From assembly GCA_025060975.1 (NCBI GenBank), contig JANZKA010000002.1, forward strand, positions 5,629 through 69,628: a stretch of 64,000 nucleotides of DNA. The letters run 5' to 3'. The notes under the pieces were generated by a model. It had not been told where the DNA came from. It saw only the letters and a list, made by a program, of their open reading frames with translations, and ran no database searches. The stretch is from Candidatus Culexarchaeum nevadense. Lineage in GTDB: Archaea; Thermoproteota; Methanomethylicia; Culexarchaeales; Culexarchaeaceae. The first letter of the stretch is position 1, and every line of letters begins with the position of its first letter. The position numbers and the translations under genes are program-made. Of the stretch, positions 29,114 to 38,969 are shown one piece after another.

Positions 29114-30139
29114 TTGGTTTTATCTATAGGTGATCATCCAAGAGTTAGACTTGTACGTTTGCCAACACCAATACAGTATATGCCTAAGCTTAGTGAAGAG
29201 CTCGGTATTGAATTGTATATTAAACGTGATGATTACATGGAGTTGGCTATGGGTGGGAATAAAGCTAGGAAGCTTGAATACCTATTGGGGGATGCCTTGA
29301 AAAAGAATTGTGATACCATAATAACTGTTGGGGCTTTATGTTCAAATCATGTTAGATTGACTGCAGCTGCATGTAAACTATATAATTTGCATCCAATTTT
29401 AATTCTCACAGCTACAGGTCCTAAGAAGGTTAAGGGGAATCTTCTATTAGATGTATTATTTGATGCTGAGATTAAAATTGTTGATGTTCCCAGTAGTGAA
29501 ATTCCAAAGGTTTTAGAGGAGGTTGCAAGGGAGCAAGAGGCTAAAGGTAGGAAGCCATATATAATTCCGGGTGGTGGTGCAAGTAAAGTTGGTGTTTTAG
29601 GATACTTGAATGCTTCTGTGGAAATTCTCCATCAATTAAATGAAATGTGTGTGAAAGTGGATTACATAGTTCATTCTACAGGTTCTGGTGGAACGCAGAC
29701 TGGATTATGTTTGGGGATGAAGAATCTGAATAGTGGAATTAAGGTTTTGGGGATTTCATGTGGACCTTCAAGGGATCTTGTTTCCAATAGAATTAAGAGG
29801 CTTGCTGAAGATTCTGTGGAGTACTTGAAGCTACCTGTTAAACTTGATGATAAGGACATCATAGTTTATGATGAGTATACTTGTGGTGGATATGGGATAG
29901 TGACTAAGGATGTTGTGGAGGTTATGCGGAGAGTTGCAAAGATGGAAGCTATACTCTTAGACCCATTATATACTGGAAAGGCTTTTATGGGTTTAATGGA
30001 TCTCGTGGATAAAGGGGTTATAGAGAAGGGGTCTAAGGTGTTGTTCATACACACAGGCGGTTTACCTCTAATATTCCAGTATGAAGAGGATTTATGGCGT
30101 TACGGTATTAAGGTTTCCGATTTAGAGAAGCTAGCTTGA
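29114..30139 (+). CDS. D-cysteine desulfhydrase / ACC deaminase family PLP enzyme
   Basis: KRDD..GGNKARKLEY, SNH, IPGGG, TGSGGT, LDPLYTGKA, HTGG. Confidence 0.9.
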   Translation: MVLSIGDHPRVRLVRLPTPIQYMPKLSEELGIELYIKRDDYMELAMGGNKARKLEYLLGDALKKNCDTIITVGALCSNHVRLTAAACKLYNLHPILILTATGPKKVKGNLLLDVLFDAEIKIVDVPSSEIPKVLEEVAREQEAKGRKPYIIPGGGASKVGVLGYLNASVEILHQLNEMCVKVDYIVHSTGSGGTQTGLCLGMKNLNSGIKVLGISCGPSRDLVSNRIKRLAEDSVEYLKLPVKLDDKDIIVYDEYTCGGYGIVTKDVVEVMRRVAKMEAILLDPLYTGKAFMGLMDLVDKGVIEKGSKVLFIHTGGLPLIFQYEEDLWRYGIKVSDLEKLA

Positions 30140-30158
30140 ATTTTTAGATACTTAAATT

Positions 30159-30467
30159 TCAACCCTTTTTATATCCTATATAAAATCCAGCTAGAAATGA
30201 TCCTGCGAAAGGTATATTGGCTGTTATTTGGCTTATTAATGGTGTGGATTCCCCTAGAAGGCTTTTTGTGGCATTCTCTATTTTACCTATTAGTGTTGCA
30301 TAATCCACCTTTATAATTCCATTCCACTGTAAGTATGCTAGTGCCAGTAGGAATATTCCCATGATGATTATCAATACCTTCATTATCTTCTTCAATGCAT
30401 ATCCAACTATGAATCCTGTTATGGCTCCAACTCCAAGTTGAAAGAGTATTGGATCCCATTCACTCAT
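30159..30467 (-). CDS. FUN14-family membrane protein
   Basis: GFIVGYALKK, LAYLQWNGII.V, PFAGSF.AGF.IG. Confidence 0.85.
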   Translation of the reverse strand: MSEWDPILFQLGVGAITGFIVGYALKKIMKVLIIIMGIFLLALAYLQWNGIIKVDYATLIGKIENATKSLLGESTPLISQITANIPFAGSFLAGFYIGYKKG

Positions 30468-30546
30468 TACTTGTCACTAAATAAATTAGAGGGGTTGAAT
30501 ATTTATATTGTTTTGTCTTCTCATTCAAGCTTTACACTATTTTAGT

Positions 30547-32148
30547 TCATTCTCTTTCCAGAACTTTTCCAGGCAATTCTCCTGTATGTTCGCCTCTATC
30601 TATAACTATTTTCCCATTTACTATTACGTATTCTATTCCTTCCGGATATTGATGTGGGTTTTCGAAGGATGCTGTATCTATTATTGTTTTTGGGTTGAAT
30701 ATTACTAGGTCTGCCCAGAACCCTCTCCTCATAATCCCCCTATCCTTCAATCCAAGTTTGTTGGCTGGTAGTGATGTCATCTTTCTGATAGCTTCTTCTA
30801 TGGTTATAACCCTCTTGTCTCTTGCATATCTCCCAATAATTCTTGGAAATGTTCCATAACTTCTTGGGTGAGGTTTTCCTCTTCCTAGAGGTTCATATGG
30901 TGCTATGCTTGATCCATCTGTTCCAACCATTGTATATGGGCTTTTTAATGCTTCCAACATGTCTTCTTCTCTCATCATGTGTAGTATTATCTGTACTCTT
31001 CCCTCCTCCTCTATTATTAGGTCGAATGCTTGATCGTATGGATCTTTCCCATTTATCTTAGCTATTTCGCTTATACTTAACCCTTCATATTGCTTATTCT
31101 TTTCACATGATGCCACTATTATCTTATCCCATCCAGCTAGGTTTGCAAGATTCTCCCATCCTTCAATGCTTGCTTCTATATCCCTTCTTATCTTCATTCT
31201 TTGTTCAGGGTCTTTTAGTCTCTTGATCATCTCCTCTATTCCGCCTACGTGAGCCCATGGTGGTATGCAAGCTGTTAAGCTTGTGCTTCCAGCTGTGTAT
31301 GGGTAGAAGTCGGCTGTTACATCCACCCCCTCCAATCTTGCTTCCTCAATTCTTTTTAGTGCTTCCACTATCTTTCCCCAATTCCTAATTCCAGCTGATT
31401 TTAAGTGTGAAATTTCTACTCTAATTTTTGCCTCTTTACCTATCCTTATTGCTTCCATTATGGCTTCTATGAGCTTGTCTGCTTCACTTCTTATATGTGA
31501 AGAGTATATTCCACCATATTTTGCCGCTACTTTTGCAAGTTCAATTATCTCTTCGGTTTTAGCGTAGCTTCCGGGGGTGTATATTAGTCCAGTGGATAAT
31601 CCGAAGGCTCCATCTTTCATGCATTGCTCAAGTAATCTCTTCATTTCTTCAAGTTCTTCCATTGTTGGCTCTCTATTCTCATATCCCATAACATTTACTC
31701 TTAATGTTCCATGCCCTATTAGTGGGGCAACGTTTAATGCTATTCCATTCTTCATTAGCTTCTCCTTGTATTCCTTGTATGTTGACCAGTCCCATGTTAT
31801 GTATTGTGCAAGTTCTCCTAATCTTCTTTTGAATTCACTTAGTTTGTCTGGTAGTATTGGAGCCATGCTTGAACCGCAATTCCCTATGACTTCCAGTGTA
31901 ACCCCCTGCCTAATTTTGCTTTCAGCTTTAGGATTTATTAGTAGGTATGCATCTGAATGGCTGTGCATATCTATGAATCCAGGAGCTACCATTAAACCCT
32001 CTGCGTTTATTACGTGTTCTCCACTTTTGAATTTCCCCTTCCTCTTAATTTCCACTATTTTGCCATTCCTTATGGCTATGCTCCCATAGTACCATGGGCT
32101 TCCAGTTCCATCAACTATCTTTGCATTGTTTATTATTATATCGTACAT
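30547..32148 (-). CDS. N-acyl-D-amino-acid deacylase (D-aminoacylase)
   Basis: PGFIDMHSHSD, GNCG, GLSTGLIY.PG, SHIRSE, SHLK, YPYTAGST, GTDG, PHPRSYGTF. Confidence 0.9.
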   Translation of the reverse strand: MYDIIINNAKIVDGTGSPWYYGSIAIRNGKIVEIKRKGKFKSGEHVINAEGLMVAPGFIDMHSHSDAYLLINPKAESKIRQGVTLEVIGNCGSSMAPILPDKLSEFKRRLGELAQYITWDWSTYKEYKEKLMKNGIALNVAPLIGHGTLRVNVMGYENREPTMEELEEMKRLLEQCMKDGAFGLSTGLIYTPGSYAKTEEIIELAKVAAKYGGIYSSHIRSEADKLIEAIMEAIRIGKEAKIRVEISHLKSAGIRNWGKIVEALKRIEEARLEGVDVTADFYPYTAGSTSLTACIPPWAHVGGIEEMIKRLKDPEQRMKIRRDIEASIEGWENLANLAGWDKIIVASCEKNKQYEGLSISEIAKINGKDPYDQAFDLIIEEEGRVQIILHMMREEDMLEALKSPYTMVGTDGSSIAPYEPLGRGKPHPRSYGTFPRIIGRYARDKRVITIEEAIRKMTSLPANKLGLKDRGIMRRGFWADLVIFNPKTIIDTASFENPHQYPEGIEYVIVNGKIVIDRGEHTGELPGKVLERE

Positions 32149-32158
32149 TTAATCACCA

Positions 32159-32172
32159 TGGATACGTATCCA
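32159..32172. promoter_or_regulatory. perfect 14-bp palindrome in a divergent promoter (candidate operator)
   Basis: TGGATACGTATCCA, adjacent to the GGTGAT SD of the D-aminoacylase gene. Confidence 0.5.
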
Positions 32173-32261
32173 ATACTCCATATATTACCCTTTCTAAGGG
32201 AGGGTTGGGATTGATTACGTTTAAATAGTTTTAAGTGGCATTACTTTATAATTGATCTTGT

Positions 32262-33875
32262 ATGGTTGATTTGAAAGCTGATCTCGTGTTAGTTAATGGT
32301 AGGATATACTCTTTTGATGAGGGGAATAGGGTATTTGAAGCTTTAGCTGTTAAAGATGGTAAGATAATCTTTCTGGGTTCTTCTAGGGATGTTGAGAGTC
32401 TCATTGGCGATAACACTTTGACTATTGATTTGAAGGGGAAAACTGTTTTGCCCGGTTTCATTGATACGCATATACATTTCATTGGAGTTGGACTTTCACT
32501 TTCAATACTTGATTTGAGAGATGTTAAATCCATAGATGAATTTAAGGGTTTAGTTAAGAAACGTGTTGAAAGTTTAGAGCCTGGAAAATGGATTCTCGGT
32601 AGAGGTTGGGATCAAGATAAGTTTTCTGAGAAGAGATATCCGAATAGGTGGGATTTAGATGAAGTTGCACCGGAAAACCCGGTTTTCCTGAGAAGGGTTT
32701 GCGGTCACATTGCTGTAGCTAATTCCTTGGCTTTAAAGATTGCTGGAATTGATAGATATACCCCTGACCCTGAAGGTGGAAAGATTGATAGGGATGAGAA
32801 TGGTGAACCCACAGGGATTCTTAGGGAATCTGCTATGAAGCTTGTTTGGTCTAAGATTCCACAGCCATCTCTTGATGATTATGTTAAGGCTGTGGAGCTT
32901 GCATGTAATGAAGCTTTATCCCATGGGATAACATCTGTACATTTCGTTTCTGCGATTCCAGAGGAAATTGAAGCTTTACAGGTTGCTAGAAGTTTGGGGA
33001 AGCTTAAGGTTAGAGTATGTCTATACATTTCAGCTGAGTATTTAGATGAATTGCTAGTTTTGAGGTTGAAGAGAGGATTTGGTGATGATTTCATAAAGAT
33101 TAATGGTGTTAAAGTTTTAATTGATGGTTCTCTTGGAGCTAGAACTGCAGCTTTAAGGTCACCATATAGTGATGATCCAAGTAGTATGGGTATCTTGACT
33201 ATGCCAATTGAAAGGTTTAGGGATATAGTGTCTAGAGCTCATGATGGTGGATTGCAAGTTGCAGTTCACGCTATTGGCGATAGGGCTGTGGAGTTAGCTC
33301 TAAAAGTTTTTAGTGAAGTTCTTTCAAAGAATCCGAGAGCTGATTATAGGCATAGAATTGAGCATGCATCGATAATGTCTCCAGAACTTATTAAGTTGAT
33401 GAGTGATTTAGGTGTATGTGCATCTATTCAGCCTAGATTCATAATATCCGATTTCTGGGCTGTGGATAGGGTTGGGCCTGATAGAGCTAAGTGGGTTTAC
33501 CCATTTAAGAGTATGATTGAAGCTGGTGTGAAAATTGCTGGTGGATCGGATTGCCCTGTAGATCCACTTGACCCACTATATCAGATTTATTCTGCTGTGA
33601 GTAGGGGGAAGTATGATGGTATAGAGCTATACAAGTATACGTATGATGAATGTTTAACTCCAATTGAAGCAGCACTTTTATTCACTAAAAATGCCGCGTA
33701 CATCGGTTTTGAGGAGAAGATTAAGGGGTCTCTTGAAGTTGGGAAGTATGCTGATATGATTGTTCTCTCAGAGGATCCATTCTCCATAGATGAAAGTAGG
33801 ATAAAGGATGTTAAAGTTTTAATGACTATTGTTAATGGCGAAATAGTGTACAAATCTATTATAGAAAGCCTTTAA
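32262..33875 (+). CDS. YtcJ-like metal-dependent amidohydrolase (amidohydrolase 3)
   Basis: PGFIDTHIH, GRGWDQ, DGSLGARTA, HAIGDRA, RIEHAS, GSDCP. Confidence 0.9.
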   Translation: MVDLKADLVLVNGRIYSFDEGNRVFEALAVKDGKIIFLGSSRDVESLIGDNTLTIDLKGKTVLPGFIDTHIHFIGVGLSLSILDLRDVKSIDEFKGLVKKRVESLEPGKWILGRGWDQDKFSEKRYPNRWDLDEVAPENPVFLRRVCGHIAVANSLALKIAGIDRYTPDPEGGKIDRDENGEPTGILRESAMKLVWSKIPQPSLDDYVKAVELACNEALSHGITSVHFVSAIPEEIEALQVARSLGKLKVRVCLYISAEYLDELLVLRLKRGFGDDFIKINGVKVLIDGSLGARTAALRSPYSDDPSSMGILTMPIERFRDIVSRAHDGGLQVAVHAIGDRAVELALKVFSEVLSKNPRADYRHRIEHASIMSPELIKLMSDLGVCASIQPRFIISDFWAVDRVGPDRAKWVYPFKSMIEAGVKIAGGSDCPVDPLDPLYQIYSAVSRGKYDGIELYKYTYDECLTPIEAALLFTKNAAYIGFEEKIKGSLEVGKYADMIVLSEDPFSIDESRIKDVKVLMTIVNGEIVYKSIIESL

Positions 33876-33908
33876 AGTTTAGCTGATGACTATATTTTGG
33901 TGTAAATT

Positions 33909-35264
33909 TTGACCGAAATTGATGTTCCGAAAATTATAGTTACACCTCCAGGACCTAATGCCAAGAAGATTTTGGAAGAGGATGAAACGTTTCTAATGCA
34001 ATCCTTTGTACGTTGGTATCCTCTTGTTTTGAAGGAAGCTAAAGGTTGCATATTAACTGATGTTGATGGTAATAAGTATATCGATTTGAATGCTGGTATA
34101 GCAGTCACTTCTGTTGGTCATTGTCATCCAAAGGTTGTAGAGGCAATTAAAAGGCAAGCTGAAAAATATCTTCATTACTCGTTAACAGACTTCTGGTATG
34201 ATGTTGCTGTGGAGTTAGCTAAGAAGCTTTGTAAGATAACTCCTGGAGACTTTCAGAAGCGTGTCTTCCTCTGTAATAGTGGTGCTGAGGCTGTTGAGGG
34301 TGCAATGAAGGTTGCTAGAGGATACTTTAAGGGTTCAAGACCATACATTATGGCGTATATAGGGGCATTTCATGGTAGATTATTTGGAAGTGTTACCTTA
34401 ACTTCCAGTAAGCCTGTTCAGCGTAAATGGTTTGCCCCCCTACTACCCAGCGTTGAGCATGTGCCATACCCATACTGCTATAGATGCCCGTGGAAGCAGA
34501 GATACCCTGAGTGTGGATATTGGTGTGTAGACTTCATAGATGAGTATTACTTTAAGAAGTTTGTTCCACCAGATGAAACTAGTTGTATAGTGTTTGAGCC
34601 AATACAAGGTGAAGGTGGCTATATAGTTCCACCCCCGGAATATTGGTCTAAGATCAGGAAGTTGTGTGATAATTACGGTATACTAATGATTTCAGATGAA
34701 GTTCAAAGTGGTATGGGTAGGACTGGGAAGTGGTTTGCAATAGAGAATTGGAACGTAACTCCAGATCTGATCACTGTGGCTAAGGGGATTGCTGCTGGAC
34801 TCCCACTTGGAGCTGTGATTGGTAGAGCTGATGTTATGTCTTTGCCAAGAGGTAGTCATGCATCTACTTTTGGAGGTAATCCAGTTTCATGTGCTGCAGC
34901 ATCAGCAGTTATTGATGTCATTGAGGAGGAGAGATTAATGGAGAATGCTGTGAAAATTGGAGATTACGCTATGAAGAGGTTTAGGGAGATGGCTGAAAAG
35001 ATTGAGCTTATAGGTGACATTAGGGGTAAGGGGCTTATGATAGGAGTCGAACTTGTTAAGGATAGGAAGAGTAAAGAGCCTGCTGTTAAGGAGCTTGAGT
35101 CTTTCTTAATCAACTGTTTTAAGCGTGGTGTTGCAGTTATAGGTTGTGGTGTATCATCAATTAGGATATCTCCACCATTAAATATATCCATTGAATTAAT
35201 GGATAAAGCTTTAAGTATAATGGAAGAAGTTTTGCTGGAAATTGATAAGAGCCGCTCAAAGTAG
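33909..35264 (+). CDS. class III PLP aminotransferase (ornithine/4-aminobutyrate omega-type)
   Basis: NSGAEA, GAFHGR, EPIQGEGG, DEVQSGMGRTG, AKG, HASTFGGNP. Confidence 0.9.
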   Translation: MTEIDVPKIIVTPPGPNAKKILEEDETFLMQSFVRWYPLVLKEAKGCILTDVDGNKYIDLNAGIAVTSVGHCHPKVVEAIKRQAEKYLHYSLTDFWYDVAVELAKKLCKITPGDFQKRVFLCNSGAEAVEGAMKVARGYFKGSRPYIMAYIGAFHGRLFGSVTLTSSKPVQRKWFAPLLPSVEHVPYPYCYRCPWKQRYPECGYWCVDFIDEYYFKKFVPPDETSCIVFEPIQGEGGYIVPPPEYWSKIRKLCDNYGILMISDEVQSGMGRTGKWFAIENWNVTPDLITVAKGIAAGLPLGAVIGRADVMSLPRGSHASTFGGNPVSCAAASAVIDVIEEERLMENAVKIGDYAMKRFREMAEKIELIGDIRGKGLMIGVELVKDRKSKEPAVKELESFLINCFKRGVAVIGCGVSSIRISPPLNISIELMDKALSIMEEVLLEIDKSRSK

Positions 35265-36587
35265 TTCTTCAATTCTACCTTTAATTTCATTTATTTTTCT
35301 TGAAATTGTCTTTTCATCTATCTTCTTTGAATCCATAACTATATCAACAACCTCTCTCCCTCTCTCCATACCTTTTGGGAGTCCATAGAGTTCTAGGAAG
35401 GCATCCTTCAATATGCTTAGAATCATGAGCATTTTCCTTTTCATATTTCGTTCTAATTCATATTTCTTCATTTTATTGTATCCATACTCTATACCTTCTA
35501 TCAGACTTTCTGTGAATTCCTCGTATATGTTTCCAGGTCTATAGTATCCTCCATGAAGACTTGCTATTTCATTAAAGGCTTGAAACCCCTCCCATGTATG
35601 CATTTGCGAAATTACTTCTGGAGCGTTTAGTATTGTTGTACGTTTCACTTGTGCTATTATAAATTTCTCTGCTGATGGTAGTGGATTCATAACATGCCAT
35701 AAAGCATAGTATTCTTCCATTTTTATTCTTTCAAATTCCTTTCCACGAATCTTTCTTGTTAAATGGAAGTCTGTTATGTATGTTTCTTCCAATCCTACCA
35801 CATGATTTGCTAAATGGGAGTTTGTGTATATTCCGAATCCACTGGGGTCATATACTGTTCCATGTATTATGCCATTTTCGTGAAGTAATCTTAGATTGTA
35901 TCCACAGGAGGATCCAAGCCATTTAAGATATGATTTAACTTCCTTAATGTTAATTATCTTATCCACTTTTGGTATTAATAGTCCGTATAGTATTTCATCT
36001 ACTCTAATGTCACTTATATTTTTGTAGAATATGCATGCACCCCGTTGCTCCCATGTGCTTTCTTCAAGCATCTTTATGAGTTCTCCACGTCCACCACTCA
36101 TTATCTTGTTCGTAAGTTCATATCTATCCTTTACTTTCAGTAATCTTATCTTATCATAGTATCCTAATCCTATGGGTTCTGGAACCGGTATTCCCAGCTC
36201 TCTTAACATTATCATATTATTTAATTCTTCTTCAGCTTCATTTGGTGTCATGAATCCCCACATTAACTGTCCAGTTCCAATATACTCATTTGTGAAATAG
36301 TAGGTGTATATGGTGTTGTTCTTGTAGATTGGTTTTACATCTTTGAATGGTATTCCTATCCCCTTCAGTTTTATTATGTATCCTTCATCTGAAACATTTA
36401 TTATAGATCTAAATCCACTCATATACCCCTTATATATTGGAAGCTTCTCTTCAGTTTCACAGAGTATTGGCACTTTATCTTTGCCATGTGGATATAATTC
36501 TGGTCTTAGAAGTTTTGTTTCTCCATCAATGATGTAGTATTCTCTAGGTTCTCCTCTAAGCAATCTAATTACTTTTTCAGGAATCAT
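35256..36587 (-). CDS. hypothetical protein with a protein-kinase-like / SelO-like fold
   Basis: SGFR, IKLKGIG, EAEEEL..LRELGIPVPEP, SDIR, LHENGIIHG..NSHLAN, ITDF. Confidence 0.6.
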   Translation of the reverse strand: MIPEKVIRLLRGEPREYYIIDGETKLLRPELYPHGKDKVPILCETEEKLPIYKGYMSGFRSIINVSDEGYIIKLKGIGIPFKDVKPIYKNNTIYTYYFTNEYIGTGQLMWGFMTPNEAEEELNNMIMLRELGIPVPEPIGLGYYDKIRLLKVKDRYELTNKIMSGGRGELIKMLEESTWEQRGACIFYKNISDIRVDEILYGLLIPKVDKIINIKEVKSYLKWLGSSCGYNLRLLHENGIIHGTVYDPSGFGIYTNSHLANHVVGLEETYITDFHLTRKIRGKEFERIKMEEYYALWHVMNPLPSAEKFIIAQVKRTTILNAPEVISQMHTWEGFQAFNEIASLHGGYYRPGNIYEEFTESLIEGIEYGYNKMKKYELERNMKRKMLMILSILKDAFLELYGLPKGMERGREVVDIVMDSKKIDEKTISRKINEIKGRIEELL

Positions 36588-36625
36588 ACAAACTTAAATT
36601 TTCAAAAGCCCTCTTAAATAATTGT

Positions 36626-37741
36626 TTGGTGATGTTTTTGGGCAGGGTGAGGGTTAGGGATATTGGATTGAAGATAGGCGTATTTGATACTGGTGTTAGC
36701 AATTCAATAGTTGATGTTAAAGGGGTTATGGTGGGTCATTGCACTATCATTGAAGGTGAGGGAAAGCTTATTCCAGGTAAGGGTCCAATTAGGACTGGCG
36801 TAACCGTAATATTTCCGCATGAGGATAGGAATGTTTTTAAGAGTAAGGTTGTGGCAAGTTCCTTCATAATTAATGGTTTTGGTAAACCTATTGGTTTAGC
36901 TCAATTAAATGAACTTGGACAATTGGAGACTCCTATAGCTTTAACTAACACTTTGAATGTGGGTATAGTGGCTGATGCAATTATAGAGTATATGTTGAAT
37001 TTAAATCCAGATATAGGTGTTAGTACTGGCACTGTTAATCCAGTTGTATTGGAGTGTAATGATGGATTCTTAAATGATATTCGGGGGAGACATGTTAAAC
37101 ATGAACATGTCTTTAAAGCTATTGAAAATGCTTCTTCAAATCCCGTTGTTGAAGGTAATGTTGGAGCTGGAACTGGAATGTCATGTTTCGAGTTTAAAGG
37201 TGGAATAGGCTCCGCCTCTAGAGTGCTTCCTAGTGATATTGGAAGATACGTTGTGGGTGTACTGGTTTTATCCAATTTTGGTCGTAGGGAAGATTTAACT
37301 ATAGCTGGAATTCCTGTGGGGTTGAAGTTGAAAGATTATGGTGGTAGAGGTGGTGATGGGAGTGGATCTATAGTGATAATAGTAGCTACGGATGCACCTT
37401 TAACTGCTAGGCAACTTCATAGATTGGCTAAACGTGCAACTCATGGTATTGCGAGGACTGGTGGGTATTCGTCTCATGGTAGTGGAGATTTCGTAGTGGC
37501 ATTTTCTACAGCTAATAGGATCCCCCATTATGAGGAATCTCCAATTCGTGAAATTCAAGTGTTAAGTGAAGGGTACATGTCATATTTGTTTAAGGCTACT
37601 GTGGAAGCTGTTGAGGAAGCTATTTTGAATTCCATGTTCATGGCTGAGACTATGGTGGGTAGAGATAATAATGTTAGGTATGCTCTCCCAATAGATTTAG
37701 TTGCTGATTTACTGGAGAAGCATGGTATCCTTAAAGGTTAA
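36626..37741 (+). CDS. dmpA: DmpA-family (peptidase S58) L/D-aminopeptidase
   Basis: NSIVDVKGVMVGH, GPIRTGVT, NGFGK, ECNDG.LNDI, EGNVGAGTG, KGGIGSASR, G-S autocleavage (GSGSIV), HGSGD. Likely start TTG 36638. Confidence 0.9.
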   Translation: MVMFLGRVRVRDIGLKIGVFDTGVSNSIVDVKGVMVGHCTIIEGEGKLIPGKGPIRTGVTVIFPHEDRNVFKSKVVASSFIINGFGKPIGLAQLNELGQLETPIALTNTLNVGIVADAIIEYMLNLNPDIGVSTGTVNPVVLECNDGFLNDIRGRHVKHEHVFKAIENASSNPVVEGNVGAGTGMSCFEFKGGIGSASRVLPSDIGRYVVGVLVLSNFGRREDLTIAGIPVGLKLKDYGGRGGDGSGSIVIIVATDAPLTARQLHRLAKRATHGIARTGGYSSHGSGDFVVAFSTANRIPHYEESPIREIQVLSEGYMSYLFKATVEAVEEAILNSMFMAETMVGRDNNVRYALPIDLVADLLEKHGILKG

Positions 37742-37742
37742 C

Positions 37743-38921
37743 TTAAATTTCAATACCCCATTTTTCAGATATCTTTTTAAGGTTTCTGAAAGCCATCCTT
37801 TTTTCCTCTTCATCTCTTTTTATGGCTTCCACTATGCTTTTCAATTCGAATATTACCTCATCATAATGCTTCCTAGATATTGGATATGGAATTCCATCTT
37901 TCCCTCCCACGGCATAAGACCACTTTACTGGATCGTATATATGTGTTACCGGATCTCTTTTTGATGGAGGTTCATTATATATCAGTTCTGAGATTAATGA
38001 TAGGGCTCTAATGGTCTTTGGACCTATACCTGGATGTAATAGGAGGTTCTTGAAATCTTCCACTTTAACACTGTATACTTCTTCAAGTTTACTCCAATCG
38101 ATCTTCCTTTCATCTATTGGTTTATATATTACGTATCTGTTGTCGCTCATAGTTCTATTAGTAACCGTGGATCTGTTTATCCATTTATCAATACCTTCAA
38201 TTTTACACAATATTCTGTTTGCTTCAGATAAGTATCTCTTTATTTTCGATGGCCCTTCATTAACTATATCCACTATGGTTTTCCTGACATTTGCACTTTC
38301 CCTATCTATTAGATTCAAAATTCTCTCCATCTTTATTTGGCATGATATTGCTTTATGTGGTTCTTCAACCATATCTCTTATATCCTCCGAGAACCAGTGG
38401 TATCTCCTTGCACATTTCAAGTCGGTGTTCATCCCCTGCTGTATTACACACCATTTCCCATCTTTAGATATCAGCATTGCATGATGATATATTGTGAATT
38501 CATCTTGTAATGCTACATTATCTACTTTTGCAGTTAACCTACTATTCTCTTCAAGTTTAGTTACATCTTCATCGTTCAACCCGAACTTGTTTGATATATT
38601 CTTTATGTCGTTAATGGTTTCAAGGCTCTTCCTACCTTTACCTCCAGCTAGTGCTAAATTTATTTCCACTCTATTTAGAGCTTCCCTTAAAACTCCACAT
38701 GTTACTGTAGTTGACCCTGAAGAGTGCCAATCGAATCCTAGAACATTGCTAAATGCTTGGAACCATAGTGGATTGCTTAATCTCTCCATTATCTTCAGTT
38801 CCCCAAATTCATTATACATTATTTCAAGTATTTCAGATGCCAATTTAACCATTCTTTGGAAAAGCCATCTTGGAGCTTTACCATAATGTAGTGGTAATTC
38901 TGCTATACCATATATTTCCAT
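37743..38921 (-). CDS. DUF763 family protein (contains a helix-hairpin-helix motif)
   Basis: LPLHYGKAP.WL, LGFDWHSSGSTT, QQGMN, ARRYHW, PGIGPKTIRAL, YAVGGKDG.P. Confidence 0.85.
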   Translation of the reverse strand: MEIYGIAELPLHYGKAPRWLFQRMVKLASEILEIMYNEFGELKIMERLSNPLWFQAFSNVLGFDWHSSGSTTVTCGVLREALNRVEINLALAGGKGRKSLETINDIKNISNKFGLNDEDVTKLEENSRLTAKVDNVALQDEFTIYHHAMLISKDGKWCVIQQGMNTDLKCARRYHWFSEDIRDMVEEPHKAISCQIKMERILNLIDRESANVRKTIVDIVNEGPSKIKRYLSEANRILCKIEGIDKWINRSTVTNRTMSDNRYVIYKPIDERKIDWSKLEEVYSVKVEDFKNLLLHPGIGPKTIRALSLISELIYNEPPSKRDPVTHIYDPVKWSYAVGGKDGIPYPISRKHYDEVIFELKSIVEAIKRDEEEKRMAFRNLKKISEKWGIEI

Positions 38922-38969
38922 GGTGCATCAATTCCAGAATTCAATTAGAAATTAATGGTATTTTTAAAT

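Noticed and set aside
33909..35264. Class III aminotransferase as an amino-acid racemase (would suit the D-amino-acid neighbours)
   Set aside because: It has EPIQGEGG and AFHG, as in omega-aminotransferases. The racemase subgroup, as I recall it, carries Asp (QGD) and YHG at these positions.
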